Part shown: positions 31,466 through 40,809 of the stretch, in pieces
Position numbering within the stretch: position 1 is the first letter of the stretch
Layout: the number at the start of each line of letters is the position of its first letter
Assembly (NCBI GenBank): GCA_943368955.1
Contig: CALRLY020000009.1
Location: 8,983 to 72,982, forward strand
DNA from: Chitinophaga pinensis
GTDB lineage: Bacteria; Bacteroidota; Bacteroidia; Chitinophagales; Chitinophagaceae
Direction of reading: 5' to 3'
Length of the DNA stretch: 64,000 nucleotides
The notes under the pieces: generated by a model
What the model was told of the DNA's origin: nothing
The model's database searches: none
What the model saw: only the letters and a program-made list of their open reading frames with translations
Program-made: the position numbers and the translations under genes

Positions 31466-31846
31466 TTACTGTATGGTTACGTCGAGCTGAATGCTTCCTG
31501 CCAGCGTTTTGGATACGGGACAAGCCTTGGCCACCTGGATCAACCTGCCCTGTTGCTCTTCCGGAACCGGATGCTCCAGCTGCAGCTCCCGGGTGATGAT
31601 GGTTTGCCCGTCTTTCCGTTCCAGCGAAACCCGTACTTCGATGCGACCAACGTTCCAGCCTTTGTGATTGGTATACATCCGCAGCGTGGCCAGGGTACAA
31701 CTGGCGAGGGCTGCTTCCAGCAACTCATCGGGCGAAGGAGCGCTGTCTTTGCCTCCCACATCTTCCGGCTCATCGGCATAAAACGTATGCCGGCCGTTGG
31801 TATGCGTGATGCGGTAAAGTTCTGTTTCGATGAAAGAGGTGACCAT
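31466..31846 (-). CDS. OsmC-family protein
   Basis: ADEPEDVGGKDSAPSPDELL...ASCT...CPVSKTL (two conserved Cys). Confidence 0.9.
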   Translation of the reverse strand: MVTSFIETELYRITHTNGRHTFYADEPEDVGGKDSAPSPDELLEAALASCTLATLRMYTNHKGWNVGRIEVRVSLERKDGQTIITRELQLEHPVPEEQQGRLIQVAKACPVSKTLAGSIQLDVTIQ

Positions 31847-31850
31847 ATAT

Positions 31851-32711
31851 TCAGCTTAAAGTGCCAAAGGTACCGGCTTTCCACTGCGCCAGCGCTTCCT
31901 GAATTTCTTCCTGGGTGTTCATTACAAACGGACCGTATGCAGCAATGGGTTCGTCAATGGGTTCACCGCTCAACAGCAACAAATGGGTTTCGTTGTTGGT
32001 ATGTACGGTTATTATTGACTCCTCCTGTTCAAACACCACCAGGTCATCTTCTCTGCCCACCTGTTCACTGTTGAACAGTACTGTTCCCTTCAGCACAAGG
32101 ATGGCAGTGTTATCGCCGGCAGGTACTTTCAGTTCAACTGCTGCATCGGCCTTGGCCACCACATCAAAGATGTTTATGCGGGTAAAGGTTCGGGCAGGTC
32201 CTTTTACTCCATTCAGTTCGCCGGCAATCACACGGATGAGACCTTTCCCTTCGGCTAATTCCACCCGTGGAATTGCCGAAGCAGCAATATCTTGATAGGC
32301 AGGTGCTGTGTTTTTGTAACGGGCCGGCAGGTTGAGCCATAACTGGGCCGAGTGCAATACACCACCGGTGCGACTGAATTCCTCTTCATGAAATTCTTTG
32401 TGCAGAATACCCGAACCGGCGGTCATCCATTGCACATCGCCGGCAAACAGTTTTCCTTTGCCACCACTGCTGTCTTCATGTGCCAGGGCACCTTCCCACA
32501 AAATGCTTACCGTTTCAAAACCTTTGTGCGGGTGCACATCCACCCCACGGGGATGATGGGTGGGCAGCAGTTGCCAGGGCGCCACATAATCAAGCATCAG
32601 AAAAGGGCTGAGGTCCTTCCATATATCGGAGCGGATATAGCCTTTTACTTTAAAGCCATCGCCCACCATGTGAGGCGGCGCCGCTTTTCTGATGTACCTG
32701 ATTGATTTCAT
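31851..32711 (-). CDS. Pirin-family protein (long type with pirin_C)
   Basis: PFLMLD, HPHKGFET, HEDS, WMTAGSGILHKE, QLWLNLP, YGPFVMNT. Confidence 0.93.
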   Translation of the reverse strand: MKSIRYIRKAAPPHMVGDGFKVKGYIRSDIWKDLSPFLMLDYVAPWQLLPTHHPRGVDVHPHKGFETVSILWEGALAHEDSSGGKGKLFAGDVQWMTAGSGILHKEFHEEEFSRTGGVLHSAQLWLNLPARYKNTAPAYQDIAASAIPRVELAEGKGLIRVIAGELNGVKGPARTFTRINIFDVVAKADAAVELKVPAGDNTAILVLKGTVLFNSEQVGREDDLVVFEQEESIITVHTNNETHLLLLSGEPIDEPIAAYGPFVMNTQEEIQEALAQWKAGTFGTLS

Positions 32712-32739
32712 TGATTCTTTGTTTTGAAGAATATTCTGT

Positions 32740-33261
32740 TTATTGCTTGATGAACTGTATGTTGAGGAGCAGCTTCACGTCATCGCTCACCACTACACCG
32801 CCTGCTTCTGTAACAGCATCCCAGCTCAGTCCGAATTCCTTGCGCTTGATGGTTCCTTCTGCTTCAAAACCCACTTTGGTTTGTCCCCAGGGATCCACCA
32901 TCAAACCGTTGTAAGAAGCGTTCAGCTCCACTGGCTTGGTTACATCACGGATGGTGAGGTCGCCTTTCAGTACATAACCTTCTCCGGCTTTGCTGAAAGA
33001 AGAGGAAGTGAACGTCAGCTGGGGATAGGTTTCGGCGTTGAAGAAATCGTCGCTTTTCAGGTGACCATCCCGCTGCTCGTTGCGTGTGTCAATGCTGTTG
33101 ATGTCGGCACTAAAGCTCACCTGTGCATCGCTGAAGTCTTCAGCAGCTGCTGTAAGCTCGGCATCAAAGGTTTTGAACTGACCGGTAACGGTGGTGATCA
33201 TGAGGTGTTTTACCTTAAAGAGGATTTCGCTGTGTGCGGCGTCAATTTTGTACGTTGCCAT
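32740..33261 (-). CDS. yceI: YceI-family lipid/polyisoprenoid-binding protein
   Basis: IDAAHSEI.FKVKHLMI, SIDTRNEQRDGHLKSDDFF, GDLTIRDVTKPV, DPWG. Confidence 0.92.
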   Translation of the reverse strand: MATYKIDAAHSEILFKVKHLMITTVTGQFKTFDAELTAAAEDFSDAQVSFSADINSIDTRNEQRDGHLKSDDFFNAETYPQLTFTSSSFSKAGEGYVLKGDLTIRDVTKPVELNASYNGLMVDPWGQTKVGFEAEGTIKRKEFGLSWDAVTEAGGVVVSDDVKLLLNIQFIKQ

Positions 33262-33310
33262 TTCTGTATTGATTTTTGATGTTATGAATGAAAAATGAGT
33301 GACTTGTTTG

Positions 33311-34021
33311 TTATGCCATTGGCACTTCCATCAGCAGCAGTTGTGCATCGGTATCTGCCACAATGCTGAGTGTTGCTGTTTCGCTGATGCCGAGTCCGTC
33401 ACGGCGCTGTAACGAAATGCCATTAACCGTTACTTCTCCTTCCAGTACAAACGCATATACTCCGTTGTTACTGTTGTGCAACGGGTAGCTGGTGGAAAAA
33501 CCCTGATCGAAGTGTCCCAGGCTGAACCAGGCATCCTGGTGAATCCAAACCCCTTCATCGTTGGAGTTGGGACTCAGCACCTGCAGCAGGTTGTTTTTCA
33601 GTTTTGCGGCATCCAGTGTTACCTGGTCGTACCTGGGCTCTACGTTTTGTTGATTGGGAAAGACCCAGATCTGCAGAAATTTCACCTCCCGGTCACGGTT
33701 GGCATTCATTTCACTATGGGCAATACCCGTACCGGCGCTCATGACCTGGATATCGCCCTGGCGGATGATGGCTTCGTTGCCCATACTGTCACGGTGCTTG
33801 AGATCGCCGCTGAGCGGAATGGAAATGATTTCCATATTATCGTGCGGATGGGTACCAAAGCCCATGCCGGCAGCCACGGAATCATCGTTCAGTACCCGCA
33901 GGGCGCCAAACCGGATGCGGGAAGGATCATAATACCCCCCAAAGCTGAAGCTATGGTGACTGTTGAGCCAGCCGTGGTTGGCGTGGCCCCTGGTTGCTGC
34001 TTTGTGTAAAATTGTTTTCAT
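33311..34021 (-). CDS. Pirin-family protein (YhhW-like)
   Basis: RGHANHGWLNSHHSFSF, FGALRVLNDD, HPHDNMEI, HRDSMG, HSE. Confidence 0.93.
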   Translation of the reverse strand: MKTILHKAATRGHANHGWLNSHHSFSFGGYYDPSRIRFGALRVLNDDSVAAGMGFGTHPHDNMEIISIPLSGDLKHRDSMGNEAIIRQGDIQVMSAGTGIAHSEMNANRDREVKFLQIWVFPNQQNVEPRYDQVTLDAAKLKNNLLQVLSPNSNDEGVWIHQDAWFSLGHFDQGFSTSYPLHNSNNGVYAFVLEGEVTVNGISLQRRDGLGISETATLSIVADTDAQLLLMEVPMA

Positions 34022-34032
34022 AATGCCTCTTA

Positions 34033-34052
34033 ATTACATGTACATACACGTA
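34033..34052. promoter_or_regulatory. Candidate MarR operator upstream of the pirin operon
   Basis: TACATGTA-CA-TACACGTA imperfect palindrome; its ATGTACATACA core recurs upstream of marR. Confidence 0.55.
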
Positions 34053-34068
34053 TTTGTTCAAAAAAATT

Positions 34069-34527
34069 TTATTCTTCTTTGATCCGGATCTGCTCCAGCA
34101 ACAGGTTCAGTTGCAGGGCATCGGTTTCTTTCATTTCGATCAGTTCATCAAACAACTGGTTGATGCGTTTGGTGGTTTGCTCCAGCAGTTTTTTTCCGTT
34201 TTCGGTAAGCGACATAACGGTGTGGCGTTTGTCATTTTGATCGGTCGATCGTTTCACCAGCTTTTTACTTACCAGGCGGTCAATGATGCGGGGCACGTTA
34301 GAGCTCTTTTCAATCATGCGCCCGGCAATATCTTTCACGCACATTTCCTGTGGATCTTTCCCCCGGAGTATGCGCATGACATTGTATTGTTCCTGTGTAA
34401 TTCCAAACTCTTTCAGCTCCCGGCTCATGCTGGTTTTGAGCCACCAGGCAGTGTACATGATGTTCAGTCCGGCTTTGTGCGTTTCGTTCCTGAACTTTGT
34501 GCTTTGTATGGCTTTCTCGAGTTTCAC
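34069..34527 (-). CDS. MarR-family transcriptional regulator
   Basis: FGITQEQYNVMRIL...IAGRMIEKSSNVPRIIDRLVSKKLVKR...DKR. Likely start GTG 34527. Confidence 0.9.
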   Translation of the reverse strand: MKLEKAIQSTKFRNETHKAGLNIMYTAWWLKTSMSRELKEFGITQEQYNVMRILRGKDPQEMCVKDIAGRMIEKSSNVPRIIDRLVSKKLVKRSTDQNDKRHTVMSLTENGKKLLEQTTKRINQLFDELIEMKETDALQLNLLLEQIRIKEE

Positions 34528-34531
34528 GTTG

Positions 34532-34553
34532 CAAATATATGTACATACATGCA
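34532..34553 (-). promoter_or_regulatory. marR promoter -7 box with an overlapping palindromic operator
   Basis: Minus-strand TATATTTG (TAnnTTTG) at 34539-34532; ATGTA-CA-TACAT perfect palindrome at 34539-34550. Confidence 0.55.
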
Positions 34554-34579
34554 ATTTTCAAAATCATTTTTCATGCTAC

Positions 34580-34605
34580 AAAAAAAGCCTGCAAGGCAGG
34601 CTTTT
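34580..34605. terminator. Bidirectional terminator-like hairpin
   Basis: A7-GCCTGC-AAG-GCAGGC-TTTT. Confidence 0.7.
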
Positions 34606-34881
34606 CAACATGAGTTAAGGGGTTTTTGTTTTTGAAAGGATACCGGATTTCCAGGTTCATATTTCTTTTACAACTGGCTTTCCGGAAAAGGATTTTATTC
34701 GAAGCATATACCAAATGTAACAGCAGCAATGGATAAATTTCTTACAGAATTCAACAACAATTCTGAAAATATAGGCTTAACTATGATTGACATCTATAAT
34801 AGTATCTAGCAGCGAATACGAATATATTATCTTGTTGAATTATTAATTGAAAACCCTCTGATATTGTTTAACATAAAGAGC

Positions 34882-35289
34882 TCACTTTACATTTCTGAAT
34901 TCTTCAGTAATGTAATTCATGCCCTTATAAACCTGTAGTATAGCCTGAATCATTTCTTCTTTTTGTGCTGATTTGGGCAGAAATCCGTTAGCACCTGTCT
35001 CCATAAGCCGCTTAACATAATTATGATCACTATGAACCGAAATGCCCAATACTTTCACTGATGGGAAATGTTCTTTAATAAAAGCACTTGCTTCAAAGCC
35101 GTTAACAGGAGTCATATTAATATCCAGCAAAACCACGTCGGGTTTTACTTTGGCTACCAGTTCAATTGCTTCCTGGCCATTTGCACATTCTCCAATCACT
35201 TCAATTCGGTCGTCGGAGCTGAGAAATCGTTTCCAGATTTCTCTGACAGGGGCAAAATCATCAGCTATCAGGATTTTAATTTTTTCCAT
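34882..35289 (-). CDS. Single-domain response regulator (NarL-type receiver only)
   Basis: ILIADD, VLLDINM, SVH, FLPK; no output domain. Confidence 0.88.
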   Translation of the reverse strand: MEKIKILIADDFAPVREIWKRFLSSDDRIEVIGECANGQEAIELVAKVKPDVVLLDINMTPVNGFEASAFIKEHFPSVKVLGISVHSDHNYVKRLMETGANGFLPKSAQKEEMIQAILQVYKGMNYITEEFRNVK

Positions 35290-35319
35290 GGCACACGGGT
35301 TCATGATTCGGGGGTACTG

Positions 35320-35970
35320 CTAAAATACAAAATTCGAATCGTTTAGTAAACTTAGTAAGCTGGCTGTATTTCTCTGGTTTAATTTTTTTAAAATATTATG
35401 CCGGTGAACCTGAACAGTTTTATAAGAAATATTCATCTTTTCAGCAATTTCTTTTGATGTAAAACCACTTTTAACCAGTTTTACTACTTCCTTTTCTTTT
35501 TCGGTTAGTTGTGTCAGACTCTTTTTAGAATCTTCAGCTGTATGTTCATTTATCAATTCATATGCCATTTTTTCCTGGATATCATTGCTGATGAATCGTT
35601 TTTCGCTCATGATCGCAAATATGGCCTGGGTCATCTCTTCTTTTTTTGCATTTTTACTTACAAAGCCATTGGCGCCGCATTTGATCATTTTCCGTACAAC
35701 CCCGGGCTGATCATGCATAGATACTGCCAGTATTTTTATGCCTGGTTTTAATTTTTTTATCAGTTCGGCCATTTCAAACCCGCTGACGGGCGACATATTG
35801 ATATCCAGCAGCACCACATCAATGGCTTTTTTTTGAATGAGTTCCATGGTTGTATCCATATTGCTGACTACGTCAACAATCATGAATTGCTTCTCTGCTT
35901 CCAGAATTACTTTCCATGCCTGTCCAACCAGTGCATGATCATCGATAATAAGGATTTTGATTTGGTTCAT
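35320..35970 (-). CDS. NarL/LuxR-family response regulator
   Basis: ILIIDDH...VLLDINM...VSK plus LTEKEKEVV...IAEKMNISYKTVQVHRHNILKKL. Confidence 0.93.
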   Translation of the reverse strand: MNQIKILIIDDHALVGQAWKVILEAEKQFMIVDVVSNMDTTMELIQKKAIDVVLLDINMSPVSGFEMAELIKKLKPGIKILAVSMHDQPGVVRKMIKCGANGFVSKNAKKEEMTQAIFAIMSEKRFISNDIQEKMAYELINEHTAEDSKKSLTQLTEKEKEVVKLVKSGFTSKEIAEKMNISYKTVQVHRHNILKKLNQRNTASLLSLLNDSNFVF

Positions 35971-35985
35971 ATAAAAACGGGTGTT

Positions 35986-38900
35986 TTAGATTATGGGTAT
36001 TTCTACTGTAACGCAACATCCTTGTCCGGGACTGCTTTCAATTTCAAACGTACCACCATACACTTCTGCTCTTGCAACAGTACTGCTGAGTCCTACTCCT
36101 TTCTTTGTTCGCTGTGCGTCAAAACCCTTGCCGTCATCTTTCACAAGAATACGCAGGTGGTTTTTATCTGTTTTCTCAAAGAGTAAACTGCAATTCTTTG
36201 CTTCAGAATACTTGATTGTATTATTCAGTAACTCCTGGCTGATTCGGTAGAGCACAAGACTTCGTTCATTAGTGAGTTCAAGATTAAGGGAATCGTCTAT
36301 TTGCAAATGGAACTCGATAGTCGAGGCTTTTGCAAGGAGCGTGACCAGGTCTTTGACGGCAACAGTTAATCCAATATCTTTCAGGCTGGGTGGTGTAAGG
36401 CGCCGGCTCAACACCCTTATTTCTTCAATTGCTTTTCTGATGAGTGCGTGTATCTCGTCTATGGTACGCTTTGAAGTAAACGCCTCGCTTTCTGCAAGCT
36501 GCATGTACAGGCTTGCTGTTGTGAGTATCTGGTTTACGTTGTCATGCAGCTCATGCCCAATGAGTTCCCTTTCGTTTTCCTGTGCAATAATAAAAGCTTC
36601 GTTCATCTTCCGTTGGGTGTTCACTTTTTCTTTGACTAACTTTTCATTCAGTCGTACCCGTTGGGTATTATCTTCAATCGTGCCAAGGATAGTATCGGGG
36701 TTTCCTTGCTCATCATATTCCAGAACGCCCCTGCAGTGCATGTACCGGTAGCTTCCGTTGGCAACACGGTACCGGTAGCTTGCTTCCCATACGGGTTGTT
36801 TATTTTTCAGACTGTGCTCTAACGTTTGCTGCAAAGCTGTAATATCATCAGGGTGTACCTTACTAAAGTTGAAGGCAGAAGTGCGAACTTCCGGACAGTT
36901 TTGATAGCCGGTTACTTTATAAAACACCTCATTGAATTCAACAATGTGGCTGTTAAGATTCCACTCGTATATGATCTGGTTGGTGGCTGTTGAAATAGCA
37001 CGGTATCTTGTATTGAGGTTCTTAATGGATTCTTCCGCTTGTTTTTCGGCTGAAATATCACGGTATAAAACAGAAACACCGCCATCACGTGTAGGATAAA
37101 CAAGTATGTTCAGCCATATAGGTCCATTTCCAAAGTCATAGTTACCGGTAATGGTTTGTTGTTCTTTATTTTTCCGTACCTGCTCCAGAACCTCGTAAAA
37201 ATATACTTTGGTAATCGGAAACAATTCCCAGATGTTCTTACCAATCATTTCCTCCCTTGATTTTCCAACAAATTGACAGGCGCTGTCGTTAACAAACAAT
37301 AATCTGTAATTACAGTCAACTACATAAAATCCGTCTGTAATACTGGTAAGAATTGTTTCAGACAGGGAGGCATATTCTTTGAGTTGCTGTTCGCTTTTCA
37401 TGACATCAGTAATGTCAATGACAATTCCCACAACCCGAGTAGCTGTGTTTTCATGAAATTCTACTTCAGCTATAGTTCTTATCCATTTATGGTTTCCTTT
37501 TTTTGTGACAATTTCAAAAGTTTCATCACACTTTATCATTTCCCTGTTCAACAGCTTGTGAAACACAGCTACCGCTTTGTTCATGCTTTCTCCCTCCGGA
37601 TAAAACGACATAATTTCATCAATAACCGGTGAGTAACCTGGTTCTGTTTCATAGATATCACACATGATTCTGTTCCAGGTTGCACGCTTGTTGATCAGGT
37701 CCAGTTCATACGTTCCAACTTTGCCTATTTTAATACTCTCTTCCAGCAAACTGTCCGTTCTTTTTTGATGTGTGATATCATAGTGAATCCCTGCCGATCC
37801 TGTTAATCGTCCTTCATTGTCATAAATGGGAATACCGCTAATGAGTACATCAATGATTTCACCGGATTTTTTTCTCATTCTGATTTCATAGCTGTCTGAA
37901 ATCCCGGCTTTTCTTTTTGCAACCACCTGATCCATAAATGCTCTTTGGGCAGCGGGTAAAAATATTTCAGAAGCTTTATTGCCAACAAGTTCTTCTTCAT
38001 TGTAGCCGGTTAAATTGCAAAAGGTATCATGAGCACGTGTAATAATTTCATTATTGTCTACTTCAAGTAACCCCAACTTCATATTTTCAATGAGATTGTT
38101 GTATTTAAATTCCTTTTGTGCCGACTCAAGCTGGGCGTGTTTTTCTTGAGATATATTACGGATGATAACCAGTGCCATTTTGTTTTCGGCAGGTACAATA
38201 CGTGCTTCATAGTAGTAGGTGTTATTATCGCTTGTTTTTTTAAATTCAAAAATGACCAGAGTTTGTGTTCGTATACTTTCCTCAATATTTTTCAGCAGCA
38301 GGCTCCCGGTTTCAACACACATTACAGTACTGATAGTATCACCTACTACCGGTAAGCGGTTTTTAAAAAGTATAGTTTTTTCTGGCACATGAAAGTAATG
38401 AATAATGCCTGCTTCATCTACTTTCAAAATTTTATCGGGCAGGGCATTTACCATAGCACTCTGCATGTGTAGTGCTTCTTTTAATTCCTGTTCCTGCTTC
38501 ATAAGCTGCGAATAGGAAAGTTTTAATTCTTCCCGCAGCATTTTTTCTTCATGGATGTCGGTAATGGAGCCTGTCATCCGTTCAGGCACTCCCTTTTCAT
38601 TTCTGCTGATCTTTGCTCTTGATTTATACCATCTGTATGTTCCATTTGCCAGTTTTAGTCTGAATTCGGTTTTGTAAATCGGTGTTATGCCATTCAGGTA
38701 TGCGCTTCGTAAAAGAGCCCTTGATATTTGATCTTCCGGATGAATAAGGGAAGTATAAAAGCTGTCTGAGTCTGCTGGAATTTCATGCAGCTGATAGCCG
38801 AGCTCAGGAAACAGTCGTTCTGAAATAAAATTGTTTTTCGGGTTTTCAAAATTCACTTCTCTTATAAAATCATTTGAACCATCAACAGCCCGGGCAAATC

Positions 38901-40467
38901 GATCATTGCTTTCTTTCAGTCGTAATTCAAACTCTTTTTTTTCTGTAATATCTTTTAGAATGCCGTATACACCGATTGTTTTATTGTTTACAATTATTGG
39001 CAGGTTTAATACTTCAATGGCCACCGGCTTACTGAAAACATTTTCAATCCACAGCTCATATTGTTTTTTTTCTCCCTGCAGCACACAATTTAACAATTCC
39101 TGAACCTCTTGTTTTTTTTCAGTTGGAACAAAGGATAAAAAATTTAAGCCAATTGCCTGTTCTCTTGAAAGTCCGCTGATTTTCAAAGCTTCATCATTTA
39201 TTTCTGTGAAGCAGCCCTGCGTATCTAATGCAAATACCGGATTTGGGTTTTGATGAAACAGTGAACTGTATTCCTCTTTCTTTTGTTCCAGTTCAAGCTG
39301 CATCTTCTTTTGCTGATCTATATCTTGAAAAGCACCATAAATGCGCCTGTTTTTATGATCATGCACTTCTGCAGCTCCTATACTTCTGACCCAAAGTTTT
39401 TTCCCCTTTGCCGTAATGATCTGAAGATCTTCTTCAAAGGGAATTCCATGTTCAATGCATTGTTTAACTTTTTCAATGATGATGGGTCTGCTGTAAACGG
39501 GTTCATAAAAATCAATTGCTTTATGAACATCGGGAATATAACCGTCGTTTACTTCGTGAATGGTTTTTGTGGTTTCTGACCAATAGAGGGTTTCCGTTTC
39601 AAGATCTAAGTCCCATGATCCGATTCTTGCGGCTGCATTTGTTTTTTGCATCAGTTCCTTTAACCGACGCAATACATTTTGTTGTGTTATTTCGTTGGTG
39701 ATATTTTCAAATCGCCAGATATGTCCCTTGTAGGTTTCATTCTGATAAACGGGGAAGTGCTGGTGCCTGAGAACTGTACCGGCAGCGGTTTCCACTACTG
39801 AATTCTGTTTTCCATCCGGTTGTTTAAGAAGTTTGTTAATGCGTGCAATGGTTTCTTTTTCGTTTTTTAGCAGCGGTTCAACCAGTTGAAGAACTTCTGT
39901 ATAGTATAATCCGTAAATCGTCTCCGGTGTTGTTTCCAGGCCAAAGAGCAACATCAGTTGTTTGTTGGCGTATACGACCTTATACTCCTCATTTGTGAAA
40001 AGGATGCCCTCATCTGTTTGCTGCAGGAGGGATTGAAAATATTCTTCCAGGAAGGCTTCTTTTTGAGAAACATCGCTGACTGGTTGTTGCAATGTTCCCT
40101 CGGTGGTTGTTTGCTGTATGAAAAAGTTTGTAAGCTCCCCCTTCCTGTTGCGAATGGGCAGTGCAGTGAGATGTGCCCAATAGGGTGCCCCTGTTTTTGT
40201 ATAATTGAGAACCTCGCATTCAAACCCCTTTTTTTCTCGTACCCGGGAGTTTATATAGGATAAGACATCTGCATCTGTTTCAGGACCGGGCATCAGTTGA
40301 CCAGGCCGTTTTCCTATTAGTTCCTCTTTCGGGTAGCCGCTGATTTGTTCGATCGTATGATTGCACCATATGATTTCACCTGATGCGTTGGTAATCAAAA
40401 AGCCATCGGCTTCGTTGCTGCCCAACATTTGTTCGTAAGCAGAAATAGTTTGTTGCGATGTATTCAT
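35986..40467 (-). CDS. Cytoplasmic multi-PAS/PAC histidine kinase (HisKA_3, NarX/UhpB class)
   Basis: Many PAS/PAC repeats ending in DITE/DITH-like motifs; ERELIGHELHDNVNQIL; NNTIKYS; DDGKGFD; GVGL; no TM segment. Confidence 0.92.
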   Translation of the reverse strand: MNTSQQTISAYEQMLGSNEADGFLITNASGEIIWCNHTIEQISGYPKEELIGKRPGQLMPGPETDADVLSYINSRVREKKGFECEVLNYTKTGAPYWAHLTALPIRNRKGELTNFFIQQTTTEGTLQQPVSDVSQKEAFLEEYFQSLLQQTDEGILFTNEEYKVVYANKQLMLLFGLETTPETIYGLYYTEVLQLVEPLLKNEKETIARINKLLKQPDGKQNSVVETAAGTVLRHQHFPVYQNETYKGHIWRFENITNEITQQNVLRRLKELMQKTNAAARIGSWDLDLETETLYWSETTKTIHEVNDGYIPDVHKAIDFYEPVYSRPIIIEKVKQCIEHGIPFEEDLQIITAKGKKLWVRSIGAAEVHDHKNRRIYGAFQDIDQQKKMQLELEQKKEEYSSLFHQNPNPVFALDTQGCFTEINDEALKISGLSREQAIGLNFLSFVPTEKKQEVQELLNCVLQGEKKQYELWIENVFSKPVAIEVLNLPIIVNNKTIGVYGILKDITEKKEFELRLKESNDRFARAVDGSNDFIREVNFENPKNNFISERLFPELGYQLHEIPADSDSFYTSLIHPEDQISRALLRSAYLNGITPIYKTEFRLKLANGTYRWYKSRAKISRNEKGVPERMTGSITDIHEEKMLREELKLSYSQLMKQEQELKEALHMQSAMVNALPDKILKVDEAGIIHYFHVPEKTILFKNRLPVVGDTISTVMCVETGSLLLKNIEESIRTQTLVIFEFKKTSDNNTYYYEARIVPAENKMALVIIRNISQEKHAQLESAQKEFKYNNLIENMKLGLLEVDNNEIITRAHDTFCNLTGYNEEELVGNKASEIFLPAAQRAFMDQVVAKRKAGISDSYEIRMRKKSGEIIDVLISGIPIYDNEGRLTGSAGIHYDITHQKRTDSLLEESIKIGKVGTYELDLINKRATWNRIMCDIYETEPGYSPVIDEIMSFYPEGESMNKAVAVFHKLLNREMIKCDETFEIVTKKGNHKWIRTIAEVEFHENTATRVVGIVIDITDVMKSEQQLKEYASLSETILTSITDGFYVVDCNYRLLFVNDSACQFVGKSREEMIGKNIWELFPITKVYFYEVLEQVRKNKEQQTITGNYDFGNGPIWLNILVYPTRDGGVSVLYRDISAEKQAEESIKNLNTRYRAISTATNQIIYEWNLNSHIVEFNEVFYKVTGYQNCPEVRTSAFNFSKVHPDDITALQQTLEHSLKNKQPVWEASYRYRVANGSYRYMHCRGVLEYDEQGNPDTILGTIEDNTQRVRLNEKLVKEKVNTQRKMNEAFIIAQENERELIGHELHDNVNQILTTASLYMQLAESEAFTSKRTIDEIHALIRKAIEEIRVLSRRLTPPSLKDIGLTVAVKDLVTLLAKASTIEFHLQIDDSLNLELTNERSLVLYRISQELLNNTIKYSEAKNCSLLFEKTDKNHLRILVKDDGKGFDAQRTKKGVGLSSTVARAEVYGGTFEIESSPGQGCCVTVEIPII

Positions 40468-40584
40468 TATGGTTTATCAGGTAATAGAATCGGAAAATAG
40501 CCATTGCAAACCGATATTTCAATTTACTATTATATACATCTTTTACCAACTGAAAGTTGATTAATTGGGGTAAACACTATAACT

Positions 40585-40606
40585 GTATAGATATTTGTAT
40601 CTATAC
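40585..40606. promoter_or_regulatory. Perfect inverted repeat upstream of the PAS kinase
   Basis: GTATAGATA-TTTG-TATCTATAC. Confidence 0.45.
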
Positions 40607-40809
40607 GGAGAGACTCCCTTTTTAAGGTTTTTTAATCTGGCTTGGGGCAATTGCCATTCGTTGGCCGGGAGAAAAAGGCGGTATTATATAAAATGATGAG
40701 CAGCCATCATTCCCAAGATTCCTCACATGAAATCCGTTTGAAACAACTGCAGCTTTCAGATCTGATGCTTGATGTGAAAGCGCTTTTCGGTTTTCTTATT
40801 CGTTTTCAA

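Noticed and set aside
31455-31700. N-terminal extension of the 318-aa pirin ORF
   Set aside because: It overlaps osmC in another frame; pirin homology begins at MAQLLF (31454).
34528-34554. ATG 34554 as the marR start
   Set aside because: This stretch holds the -7 box and operator palindrome; GTG 34527 fits better.
34636-34881. Short ORFs (about 26-28 aa) at the left edge of the AT-rich module
   Set aside because: Too short, with no motif or supporting context; at most a gene remnant.
40200-40467. First PAS domain of the large kinase as a LOV photoreceptor
   Set aside because: The GxNCRFLQ cysteine motif is absent (GKRPGQLMPG).
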